Below are positions 11,070-19,204 of a stretch of 64,000 nucleotides of DNA, in pieces; within the stretch, counting starts at the first letter, position 1; each line of letters begins with the position of its first letter. Origin of the DNA: an uncultured Geobacteraceae bacterium (GTDB lineage Bacteria; Desulfobacterota; Desulfuromonadia; Desulfuromonadales; BM103); assembly GCA_964418505.1 (NCBI GenBank), contig CAYQLP010000001.1, forward strand, positions 1,665 to 65,664, in the 5' to 3' direction. Both the position numbers and the translations under genes were made by a program. The notes under the pieces were generated by a model. The model was not told where the DNA came from and did no database searches. It was given only the letters and a program-made list of their open reading frames with translations.

Positions 11070-12310
11070 GCGCCTCCCCTGGCCAGGGGCAGGGCCAGGC
11101 GAACCTCCGCCCCGCCGCCGGCGCTGTTGGCGGCGGTAATCGTCCCGCCGCAGTGTTCGATTATTTTCCGGCAGATCGCCAGCCCCAGGCCGCTGCCGCT
11201 GGCACGGGTGGTGTAAAAGGGGTCGAAGAGCCGGGTCAGGCTGTCCGCGGCAAAGCCCGGCCCGCTGTCGGCAACCACGATCGCTGCCATGCGGTTGTCG
11301 CTGCTCAAGGTCACCCTCACCAGCCCCTGCTGCGGCACCACCTGGAGCGCGTTGCTGAAGAGGTTCAGAAAGACCTGGCGCAGTCGCTCGGGAGGGCAGG
11401 CCACCGGCCCGGGGAGGCTGCCGCTGACCGCGAGGGTTATCCCCCGAGCCGCCGCTTCGCCGTCCAGCATGGCCCAGGCCTCGCGGAGGGTGTCGTCGAC
11501 CGTTGACGGCTCCTCGCCGGCCGGTTCCTGGCGGGCGTAGGAGAGCAGGTCTTCGACCAGTTCCTCGAGGCGCTCCGACTCGGCGACAATCCTGGCGGCG
11601 TGGCCGCGCTGCCGCTCGTCGGCGGCCCGCTCGCCGAGCAGTTGGGCGAAGCCCTTGATGCCGGCCAGGGGCGTCCGCACCTCGTGGGCGAGGACGGCGC
11701 CCATCTCCCCGAGCTGCGCCAGGTGTTCCCTGCGGGCCAGTTCCTCGCGGCGGCGCAGGTCGCGGCGCTGCAGGCGCATGGCGAAGAGAGCCAGCCCCCA
11801 GGTGGAGACGGTCAGGGTCAGCAGCAGGATCAGCCCCGTGCGGGCCCGTTGAATGATCTGGTCGGCCTGCCAGGTATGCAGGGAGAGGCGCAGGATCAGC
11901 ATTTCGCCGGGGAGATGGAGCTGCTGCTGGGTCTGGAAGACCACCTCGCCGGTACCGAGCCTGACCATCTCGTCGCTGATCTGCCCCGATGCCGCCACCG
12001 CCAGGTAGCTCCGGTCGCCGACCTCCTGGCCGATCAGCCCGGGATTGGTGTGAAACCTGATCCGGCCGTTGCTGTCGAGCAGGGAAAAGTACGCCACGTC
12101 GCGGGAGGAAAAGTCGCCCAGACGGCGGAAGGTCGGGTCGTGCGTGGCGACCGTCTCGATCGCCTGCCCCAGGGAGAGTGACATTCCCTTGAGGAGCGAG
12201 CGCGCTACCGGTCCGGCGCTGCGGTAATTGGTCACGGCAAACCACAGGACCAGCCCGGTGACCGCCAGCCCGCCGCCGATCAGCAGCCAATGTACGTTCA
12301 AGCGCCGCAT
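11066..12310 (-). CDS. sensor histidine kinase
   Basis: 414 aa with an N-terminal TM segment, H-box [12 protein letters not shown], and a HATPase_c domain ([14 protein letters not shown]). It overlaps the regulator start by 4 nt (ATGA). Confidence 0.85.
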   Translation of the reverse strand: MRRLNVHWLLIGGGLAVTGLVLWFAVTNYRSAGPVARSLLKGMSLSLGQAIETVATHDPTFRRLGDFSSRDVAYFSLLDSNGRIRFHTNPGLIGQEVGDRSYLAVAASGQISDEMVRLGTGEVVFQTQQQLHLPGEMLILRLSLHTWQADQIIQRARTGLILLLTLTVSTWGLALFAMRLQRRDLRRREELARREHLAQLGEMGAVLAHEVRTPLAGIKGFAQLLGERAADERQRGHAARIVAESERLEELVEDLLSYARQEPAGEEPSTVDDTLREAWAMLDGEAAARGITLAVSGSLPGPVACPPERLRQVFLNLFSNALQVVPQQGLVRVTLSSDNRMAAIVVADSGPGFAADSLTRLFDPFYTTRASGSGLGLAICRKIIEHCGGTITAANSAGGGAEVRLALPLARGGA

Positions 12311-12393
12311 GGGGAATATACTAGCCGATCAAGCCGCAGCTAGAAACAGGAAAGGGCCAGGCGCAAATCGCGCCTCGCCCGGCCGCAGGGTTG

Positions 12394-12425
12394 CCAGGCG
12401 GGCCGGAGGGTACCGGCCCGCCTGG
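12394..12425 (-). terminator. 13-bp perfect hairpin between the repeat-protein gene and the kinase gene (terminator/attenuator, no U-tract)
   Basis: CCAGGCGGGCCGG-AGGGTA-CCGGCCCGCCTGG, located 12 nt after the stop of the 12437 gene. Confidence 0.45.
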
Positions 12426-12436
12426 CGAGCGGTCAC

Positions 12437-12829
12437 TCAGCAGCTGCCGTCTTTCTTGCGGTCCTGGCTCTTGATGGCCGCAGTGGTCAGGCAGGAGCCG
12501 TCCTTGGTCCGGCTGCGCTGGCGCTTCTGGGTCGCCGCGATTTCCTGGCTGTCGGTCGCCACCGGGGAGTTGAGGCAACTGCCGTCCTTCTTGCGGTCCT
12601 GCTTCTTGATGGCGGCGGTATTCAGGCACGAACCGTCTTTCTTCTTCGTGCGGATCTGATCCGCGGCGACTTCCGGGCTGCTCTCCTGCTGGAGCAGGCC
12701 GCTCAGGCAGGAACCGTCCTTTTTCTGGGACTTGGTGCGGGTCTTGTCGGCGGCCAGGGCCAGCCCGGAACAGAGGAGAACCACCAACAGTGCGAGAAGC
12801 AGCGAGTGAAGAGATGTGACTTTGCGCAT
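12437..12829 (-). CDS. secreted repeat protein with five (K/R)-K-D-G-S-C modules
   Basis: 130 aa. Signal peptide MRKVTSLHSLLLALLVVLLCSGLALA, then KKDGSCL, KKKDGSCL, RKKDGSCL, RTKDGSCL and a C-terminal RKKDGSC*. Confidence 0.6.
   Translation of the reverse strand: MRKVTSLHSLLLALLVVLLCSGLALAADKTRTKSQKKDGSCLSGLLQQESSPEVAADQIRTKKKDGSCLNTAAIKKQDRKKDGSCLNSPVATDSQEIAATQKRQRSRTKDGSCLTTAAIKSQDRKKDGSC
12440..12645 (-). repeat. two imperfect ~70-bp direct repeats, 135 nt apart, inside the repeat-protein gene
   Basis: gcagctgccgtctttcttgcggtcctggctcttgatggcc... at 12440 versus gcaactgccgtccttcttgcggtcctgcttcttgatggcg... at 12575. They encode TAAIK(S/K)QDRKKDGSC. Confidence 0.6.
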
Positions 12830-12876
12830 GACCAGACTCCTATCAGGGGTGGGGTGAGTTGCTTGCCATTCCTTGA

Positions 12877-12892
12877 TACAAGCGCCATGCCA
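12877..12892 (-). promoter_or_regulatory. candidate sigma-54 promoter upstream of the repeat-protein gene
   Basis: The minus strand reads TGGCATGGCGCTTGTA (TGGCAT-N5-TTGTA versus consensus TGGCAC-N5-TTGCA), about 48 nt upstream of the ATG at 12829. Confidence 0.3.
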
Positions 12893-12967
12893 ACTCTACG
12901 AAAAGCAGAAACAAGCTGAATTTAAAGCTTTATTTTCTCGGTCATGGAGAATGGTCGGCCCCGGAAG

Positions 12968-12983
12968 TGCAAAAGATGCACCT
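12968..12983 (-). promoter_or_regulatory. second candidate sigma-54-type element
   Basis: The minus strand reads AGGTGCATCTTTTGCA, with correct GG-N10-GC spacing and a perfect TTGCA -12 element. Confidence 0.25.
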
Positions 12984-13013
12984 CCGGGCAATTCCTGCAC
13001 CGGCCTGTCGGGA

Positions 13014-13838
13014 TCAGGTCGGCTGCCGGCCGGTAACGGGGAGGAGATGCCGGGGCTGGAGGTTGCCCATGGCGTGCAGCAGGCTGCTGCGCAGGTGGGG
13101 GATCTCGGCCGTGAGTTCATTGACCAGGCGCTTCATGCGCTGGCGCTGCAGATCCCCCGTGCCGGCCACCGGGCAGGCGCAGGAGATCAGCGGAAACTCG
13201 TTGCGCCGGGCGAATTCGCGGATGTCGTCCTCGGGGACGTAGACCAGCGGGCGGATCACCGTGTGGCGGCCGTTGTCGGCGAGCAGTTTCGGACTCATCG
13301 CCTTGAGGGAGCCGACGTAGAACTGGTTGAGGAGCAGGGTTTCGATGAAGTCGTCGAGATGGTGCCCTAAAGCCAGCTTGTTGCAGCCCAGGCGGTCGGC
13401 CACGGTGTAGAGGACACCGCGGCGCAGGCGGGCGCAGAAGGCGCAGTAGGAGGAGTCCGGGCGGCGCTTCTCCTCGATGATCCGGTAGCAGTCGGTGCTC
13501 TCGAGGTGATGGGCGAAACCGTGCGCTTCGAGGTGGGCGGCGAGAAGGTCGCGGCGGTAGCCGGGGAAGCCGGCGTCGACATTGACCGCCACCAGCTCGT
13601 AGCGCACCGGTGCGCGGCGGCGCAGGGCCTCGAGGATGTGCAGCAGGGTGTAGGAATCCTTCCCCCCCGAGACCGCCACGGCGACCCGGTCCCCCTCTTC
13701 GAGCAGCGCGAAATCGCCGATCGCCTTGCCGACCAGCTTCTTGATGCGGCGAAACAGTGCGTCCTCGACCACCACGGCGGAGCCTCCCGATCCCTTTGAA
13801 GTGAGGGGCATTAGAGCTGAAGTCCGGCCGGAAGGCAA
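13014..13838 (-). CDS. ttcA: tRNA 2-thiocytidine(32) synthetase
   Basis: PP-loop SGGKDS, CAFCARLRRG, and a C-terminal CACP cluster. The true start may be the Met at 13811. Confidence 0.85.
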   Translation of the reverse strand: MPSGRTSALMPLTSKGSGGSAVVVEDALFRRIKKLVGKAIGDFALLEEGDRVAVAVSGGKDSYTLLHILEALRRRAPVRYELVAVNVDAGFPGYRRDLLAAHLEAHGFAHHLESTDCYRIIEEKRRPDSSYCAFCARLRRGVLYTVADRLGCNKLALGHHLDDFIETLLLNQFYVGSLKAMSPKLLADNGRHTVIRPLVYVPEDDIREFARRNEFPLISCACPVAGTGDLQRQRMKRLVNELTAEIPHLRSSLLHAMGNLQPRHLLPVTGRQPT

Positions 13839-13850
13839 GCAGACGGGCGG

Positions 13851-14981
13851 TCAGCTGGTCGTCTTGCGGAAGCGGATGACGGCGATGGACAGAATGCCGA
13901 GGCCCAGAGCGGCGAGAAAGAGCAGCTGCGGCCAAAGCACCTCGTAGCCCACCCCCTTGAGGAAGATCCCGCGGATGATGACCAGGAAGTGGCGCAGGGG
14001 ATTGAGCCAGGTCAGATACTGGATGCTCTCGGGCATGTTCTCCACCGGGAAGGCGAAGCCGGAGAGGAGCATGGCCGGGAACATGAACATCGACGCGCTC
14101 ATCATCGCCTGCTGCTGGGTCTGGCTGACGGTCGAGATGAACAGCCCGAAACCGAGGGTGCTCAGCAGGTAGAGACCGGTGCCGGCGGCGAGCAGGGGGA
14201 GGTTGCCGCGGATCGGGATGTCGAACCAGAAGACCGCCATGGCCGTGACCATGGCGACGTTCAGGTAGCCGACCGCCGCGAAGGGGAGGGTCTTGCCGAG
14301 GATGAACTCCCAGCGGCGGATCGGCGTGACGCTGATCTGCTCGATGGTGCCGACCTCCTTCTCGCGGACCACCGACATCGCCGAGAGCATCATGGTCACC
14401 ACCATGACCATCTGGGCCATGACCCCCGGGACGTAGTAGTTGCGGCTCTCGAGGTTGTCGTTGAACCAGCTGCGCGTCTCGAGCTGCAGGTCGGCAGGCT
14501 GCCAGGCCCGCCCGGCGCGGCGCACCTCGCGCTCGAAGAGCAGCTGGTCGCCGTAGCGGCCGGCGATCTTGACGGCATGGGAGAGGACGATGCGCGCCGC
14601 GTTGGGGTCGCTGCCGTCGACGATGATCGGCACCGTGGCGGTGCGCCCGCCGGCGATCTCGGCGGCGAAGCCACGGTTGATCTGCACGGCGGCCTTGGCC
14701 CGGCCGTGATCGATCAGCGCGCTGATCTCGCCGGGGCTGCCGACCCGGGCGACGATATCAAAGTAGCCGGACTGCTGCAGGCGACTGACCAGCTCGCGGC
14801 TGGCGACGCTGTGGTCGAGGTCGTAGACGACGGTGGCGATGTGCTTGACGTCGGTGTTGACCGCGTAGCCGAAGAGGATGATCTGCACCAGCGGCACGAA
14901 GAGGATCACCGCGCGCATCTGCGGATCGCGCAGGATCAGGGTGAACTCCTTGATGAGCATGGCCTTGAGGCGCTCGAACAT
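13851..14981 (-). CDS. ABC-2 type transporter permease (YbhR/YbhS-like)
   Basis: 376 aa. N-terminal TM segment, a large loop, then 5 C-terminal TM segments, which is the ABC-2 architecture. Confidence 0.8.
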   Translation of the reverse strand: MFERLKAMLIKEFTLILRDPQMRAVILFVPLVQIILFGYAVNTDVKHIATVVYDLDHSVASRELVSRLQQSGYFDIVARVGSPGEISALIDHGRAKAAVQINRGFAAEIAGGRTATVPIIVDGSDPNAARIVLSHAVKIAGRYGDQLLFEREVRRAGRAWQPADLQLETRSWFNDNLESRNYYVPGVMAQMVMVVTMMLSAMSVVREKEVGTIEQISVTPIRRWEFILGKTLPFAAVGYLNVAMVTAMAVFWFDIPIRGNLPLLAAGTGLYLLSTLGFGLFISTVSQTQQQAMMSASMFMFPAMLLSGFAFPVENMPESIQYLTWLNPLRHFLVIIRGIFLKGVGYEVLWPQLLFLAALGLGILSIAVIRFRKTTS

Positions 14982-14988
14982 GGCTTTG

Positions 14989-16122
14989 TCAACCGATCTT
15001 CTTGCGGAAGCGGCGCACGGCCAGCATCAGGAAGAGCACCCCGAAGACCGCCAGGAAAAGCGCCTCGCGCCACAAGACCGTCACCCCCACCCCCTTGAGG
15101 TAGATGGCCCGCAAAATGGCGATGAAGTAGCGGGCCGGGATGACCTGGGTCAGCACCTGCAGCGGCCCGGGCATGCTCTCGATGGCGAAGACGAAGCCGG
15201 AGAGGAGGAAGGCCGGCAGCAGGGTGGCGACCATGGCGAACTGGCTGGCGACGAACTGGCTGCGGCCGACGATGCTGATCAAAATGCCCAGCCCGAGGGC
15301 GCCGAGAAGGAAGAGCAGGGCCAGGAGGAAGAGCTCGACCAGGCTGCCGCGCAGCGGCACGGCGAAGGCGAAGCGCCCGACCAGCAGGGCGACCACCAGG
15401 TCGAAGACGCCGATGCAGAAGTAAGGGATCAGCTTGCCGAGGATCAGCTCGCCGCCGGTCACCGGCGTGGCGATCAGCTGCTCCATGGTCCCGGTCTCCC
15501 ACTCGCGGGCCACGGTCAGCGAGGTCAGCAGGGCGGCGATGACCATCATGATCACCGCGATCAGGCCGGGGACGATGGCGTTGCGCGAGAGCATGTCGGC
15601 GTTGAACCAGACCCGCGGCTCGACCTCGAGCGGAAAGCGCAGGGTCCGGCCGCTGAGGCGCTGCAGCTGCTCGAGGCGCACCTCGCGGGCATAGGCGGCG
15701 AAGATCCCGTCGGCGTAGCCAAGGGCGATGGTGGCGGTGTTGGCATCGCTGCCGTCGACCAGCAGCTGTACCGCCACCGGCCGGTTGGCCTTGAGGTCGC
15801 GGGCGAAGCCGGCCGGCACCGTCAGCCCCATCAGGGCTTCGCGGCGGTCGATGGCCTCCTCGATACGCTGGTAGCTGTCGCTGCTCCCGGCCAGGGTGAA
15901 GTAGCGCGAGGCGGTAAAGCGGGCGACGAAATCGCGGCTTTCCGGAGTGCCGCTGAGGTCGCGGACGATCAGCGGGACGCGGTCGACATCGAGGGTCAGG
16001 GCATAGCCGAACATGAAGAGGAGGAGCATGGGGATGGCCAGCCCCATGACCAGGCTGCGCGGGTCGCGGAGGACGTGGAGGAATTCCTTGCGCGCCACCG
16101 CGCGGACCCGGCGGAGCTTCAT
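14989..16122 (-). CDS. ABC-2 type transporter permease (YbhS/YbhR-like)
   Basis: 377 aa paralog of the neighbouring permease. Confidence 0.8.
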   Translation of the reverse strand: MKLRRVRAVARKEFLHVLRDPRSLVMGLAIPMLLLFMFGYALTLDVDRVPLIVRDLSGTPESRDFVARFTASRYFTLAGSSDSYQRIEEAIDRREALMGLTVPAGFARDLKANRPVAVQLLVDGSDANTATIALGYADGIFAAYAREVRLEQLQRLSGRTLRFPLEVEPRVWFNADMLSRNAIVPGLIAVIMMVIAALLTSLTVAREWETGTMEQLIATPVTGGELILGKLIPYFCIGVFDLVVALLVGRFAFAVPLRGSLVELFLLALLFLLGALGLGILISIVGRSQFVASQFAMVATLLPAFLLSGFVFAIESMPGPLQVLTQVIPARYFIAILRAIYLKGVGVTVLWREALFLAVFGVLFLMLAVRRFRKKIG

Positions 16123-17093
16123 CGCGCCACCTCGGCGAGCGGGGCGGAACGGCGCTCATGGGCCTCGATCAGGGCGACGAAGACATCCTCGAGCGACGGG
16201 ACGATCCGCTCCGGCGTGGACGCCGCCAGCCCCGCCCGGTCGAGGGCGGCCTGCAGGCGGGGGATCAGCGCCGCGGCCTCCGCGCTGACCACGTGCACGC
16301 CGCGGCCGAAGAGGGCGGCATGGCTGACTCCGGGCAGCCCCTCCGCCAGGGCCAGCAGCGCCTGCGGCTCGGCGCCGCGGATTTCGACGATCTCCTCGCT
16401 GAGGCCGGCCTTGAGTTCGGCCGGGGTGCCGAGGGCGATCAGCGCGCCGCGGTAGATCAGCCCCAGGCGGTCGCAGTACTCGGCCTCGTCCATGTAGTGG
16501 GTGGTGACGAAGACGGTGACGCCGTCGTCGGCCAGGCGGTAGATCAGTTCCCAGAAGCTGCGCCGGCTGAGCGGGTCGACCCCGGCGGTAGGCTCGTCGA
16601 GGAAGAGGATCGGCGGCCGGTGGATGATGGCGCAGCCCAGGGCCAGGCGCTGCTTCCAGCCCCCGGAGAGGGTGCGGGTCACCGTCCGCCGGTGCCGCTC
16701 CAGCCCGGCCATGCGCAGGATTTCCGCTTTACGCCCGGCGCGTGCGGCGGCGGGGAGGCGGTAGATGCCGGCATAGAAGTCGATGTTCTCCTCGACGGTG
16801 AGTTCCTCGTAGAGGGAGAACTTCTGGCTCATGTAGCCGATCTGTTCCTTGATCCGCTCGGGCTCGCCGGCGATGTCGAAACCGGCCACCGTGCCGCTGC
16901 CGCTGCTCGGCGCCAGCAGCCCGCAGAGCATGCGGATGGTGGTCGACTTGCCGGCGCCGTTGGGGCCGAGAAAGCCGAAGATCTCGCCGCGCGGCACGTT
17001 CAGGGTCAGCGCGTCGACGGCGACGAAGCTGCCGAAGCGCCGCCCCAGCCCATTGAGCGCGACAGCCGGCGCCTCGCCCTTACTCCCGGTCAT
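16119..17093 (-). CDS. ABC transporter ATP-binding protein
   Basis: Start chosen at MTGSKGEAP (ATG 17091-17093). Walker A GPNGAGKST, signature LSGGWKQRL, Walker B LFLDEPT. Confidence 0.8.
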   Translation of the reverse strand: MTGSKGEAPAVALNGLGRRFGSFVAVDALTLNVPRGEIFGFLGPNGAGKSTTIRMLCGLLAPSSGSGTVAGFDIAGEPERIKEQIGYMSQKFSLYEELTVEENIDFYAGIYRLPAAARAGRKAEILRMAGLERHRRTVTRTLSGGWKQRLALGCAIIHRPPILFLDEPTAGVDPLSRRSFWELIYRLADDGVTVFVTTHYMDEAEYCDRLGLIYRGALIALGTPAELKAGLSEEIVEIRGAEPQALLALAEGLPGVSHAALFGRGVHVVSAEAAALIPRLQAALDRAGLAASTPERIVPSLEDVFVALIEAHERRSAPLAEVAR

Positions 17094-18027
17094 CACCGCC
17101 CCGCGCCCCGCCGACCGCGGCGATAAAGACATCCTCGAGCGACGCATCGAGGGGCTGGAACCCGCTGACCGCGATGGCGGCGTCGGCCAGCAGCGAACGG
17201 ACCGCGGCGATCGTCGCCGGGGGCTCGGCGCAGACCAGGTGGATCCGGTCGCCGAAGAGGGTGACCGAGACCTCGGGGAGTTCTGCGCGCAGCCGGCGGG
17301 CCGCCCGCCGGGGCTGGTCGCAGCGCAGTTCGAGGAGCGTGCCGGGGAGCAGGGCGCGCAGCCCGTCCGGGGTGTCGCAGGCCAGCAGCCGTCCCTGGTG
17401 GAGCAGGCCGACCCGGTGGCAGCGGTCGGCCTCGTCGAGGTAGGCGGTGGTGACCACGATGGTCACCCCCTCCTGCTGCAGCTGATAAAGAATGCGCCAG
17501 AACTCCCGCCGGGACAGCGGGTCGACGCCGTTGGTCGGCTCGTCGAGGAAGAGCACGCGGGGGGTGTGCACCAGGGCGCAGGCCAGGCCGAGCTTCTGCT
17601 TCATGCCGCCGGAGAGGTTGCCGGCCTGGCGGCGGCGATAGGGGGTGAGGTTGCCGAAGGCCAGCAGCCGGTCGAGGCGCTCGCGGCGCCCGGCGGACGG
17701 CACATCGTGGAGATCGGCGAAAAAGTCGAGGTTCTCTTGGACCGTCAGGTCGGGGTAGAGGCCGAAGCGCTGGCTCATGTAGCCGATCTGCGGCTTGAGC
17801 GCCTCGGCCTCGCGGACGGTGTGGCGACCGAGGACGAAGGCGTCCCCCGCGTCGGGGTCGAGAAGCGCGGTGAGCATGCGCAGGGTGGTGGTCTTGCCCG
17901 CCCCGTCGGGGCCGATCAGCCCGAAGATCTCGCCGTGGCTGATCTGCAGCGACAGGCCGGCCACCGCCGGGGTGCCATTGAAGGAGCGCCCCAGCCCTTC
18001 GGCGTGAACGGCAGACCGGGTGTTCAA
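17080..18027 (-). CDS. ABC transporter ATP-binding protein
   Basis: 315 aa with GPDGAGKTT, LSGGMKQKL and LFLDEPT. Confidence 0.85.
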   Translation of the reverse strand: MNTRSAVHAEGLGRSFNGTPAVAGLSLQISHGEIFGLIGPDGAGKTTTLRMLTALLDPDAGDAFVLGRHTVREAEALKPQIGYMSQRFGLYPDLTVQENLDFFADLHDVPSAGRRERLDRLLAFGNLTPYRRRQAGNLSGGMKQKLGLACALVHTPRVLFLDEPTNGVDPLSRREFWRILYQLQQEGVTIVVTTAYLDEADRCHRVGLLHQGRLLACDTPDGLRALLPGTLLELRCDQPRRAARRLRAELPEVSVTLFGDRIHLVCAEPPATIAAVRSLLADAAIAVSGFQPLDASLEDVFIAAVGGARGGDDRE

Positions 18028-18030
18028 TGC

Positions 18031-19032
18031 TTAAGACCCGGTGCCGAGGGAGATCACCGCGTCGGCAGGCATCCCCGGCTTCAGTTCGTGGGCGGCGTTG
18101 GGGAGGGTGATCTTGATGCGGTAGACCAGTTTGACCCGCTCCTGCTCGGTCTGCACGTTCTTCGGGGTGAATTCGGCATCCTGGGCGATGAAGGTGACCT
18201 TGCCGCGGTAGCTGCGTCCGGGGTAGGTGTCGGTAGTGACCACGGCCTCCTGCCCCAGCTGGACCCGGCCGAGGTCGCTCTCGGCGATGTAGGCGCGCAG
18301 CCACACCGGGTCGAGCACGCCGAGAGTGACCACCGGCGTGCCGGCGGCGACGTATTCGCCGGCCTCGACGTTCTCGGCCAGCACGACCCCGTCCATGGGC
18401 GAGTTCAGCTCGGCATAGCCGAGGGTGGTGCGGGCCTGGGCCAGCGTCTCCTCGGCCACCTTGAGCTGGGCGCGGGCCTGTTCGATCTGCTCGCCGCGAT
18501 AGCCCTTGCGCAGCATGGCCAGGCGCTCCCCGGCCTCGCTGACCCGGCCGCCGGCCACTTCCCAGGCTGCCTTCGCGGTATCGGCCTCGCGGGCGGCGAT
18601 CAGGTCGCGGGCCAGCAGCTCACGGTCGCGCTGCCACTCGCTCGCGGCCCGCTGCTCTTCGGCCCGGGCCTGGACCAGTGCGGCCTCGGCCTGGGCGATC
18701 TCCTCGGGACGGTAGCCGGCGGTCAGTTCAGCGAGCATGGCCCGGGCCTTGTCGACCTCGGCCTGGCGCAGGGTCACCGCCTGCTCGAGCAGGGTGCTGT
18801 CAAGCCGGGCCACCAGCGCCCCCCTGGCGATGCGGTCCCCCTCGCTGACCGGGCGGGCGGCCACGTGGCCGGCGATGCGGAAGCTCAGTTCGGCATCGGT
18901 CACCTCGATGTTGCCGGAGAGGCGCACCTGGCCGGCCGGGGCGTGGTCAGCGGTATAGCGGCGGACGAAGAGGGCGACGGCGAGGATCAGCAACGCCCCG
19001 GCGAGAAGCCGGGCGAGGCGTTTGGGTGACAT
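18031..19032 (-). CDS. HlyD-family membrane fusion protein (YbhG-like)
   Basis: Start at MSPKRLARLLAGALLILAV (ATG 19030-19032, GGAGG RBS). Coiled-coil hairpin plus barrel-sandwich regions. Confidence 0.8.
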   Translation of the reverse strand: MSPKRLARLLAGALLILAVALFVRRYTADHAPAGQVRLSGNIEVTDAELSFRIAGHVAARPVSEGDRIARGALVARLDSTLLEQAVTLRQAEVDKARAMLAELTAGYRPEEIAQAEAALVQARAEEQRAASEWQRDRELLARDLIAAREADTAKAAWEVAGGRVSEAGERLAMLRKGYRGEQIEQARAQLKVAEETLAQARTTLGYAELNSPMDGVVLAENVEAGEYVAAGTPVVTLGVLDPVWLRAYIAESDLGRVQLGQEAVVTTDTYPGRSYRGKVTFIAQDAEFTPKNVQTEQERVKLVYRIKITLPNAAHELKPGMPADAVISLGTGS

Positions 19033-19204
19033 GGAAACCTCCGGGACGCCGGCGGGGTACTCCGCCGTTTCTGAATTTAAGCCCCCGCCGGCGGGGGTTG
19101 TCAAGTTGCCGGGCAGCGAAGCGTATGTTATTTTTTTTATTGGGAATCATCAGATCATCTGCAGGGTCCCCGCCGGGCACCCCGGGCGGGGCGGGAGGAG
19201 TCGC

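Noticed and set aside
9711-12290. 859-aa ORF spanning the response-regulator and kinase region
   Set aside because: Only the C-terminal 452 aa (from MNGTEQ at 11069) form a coherent NtrC-type protein. The N-terminal ~400 aa are Arg/Pro/Gly low-complexity sequence read out of frame across the genuine kinase gene (11066..12310).
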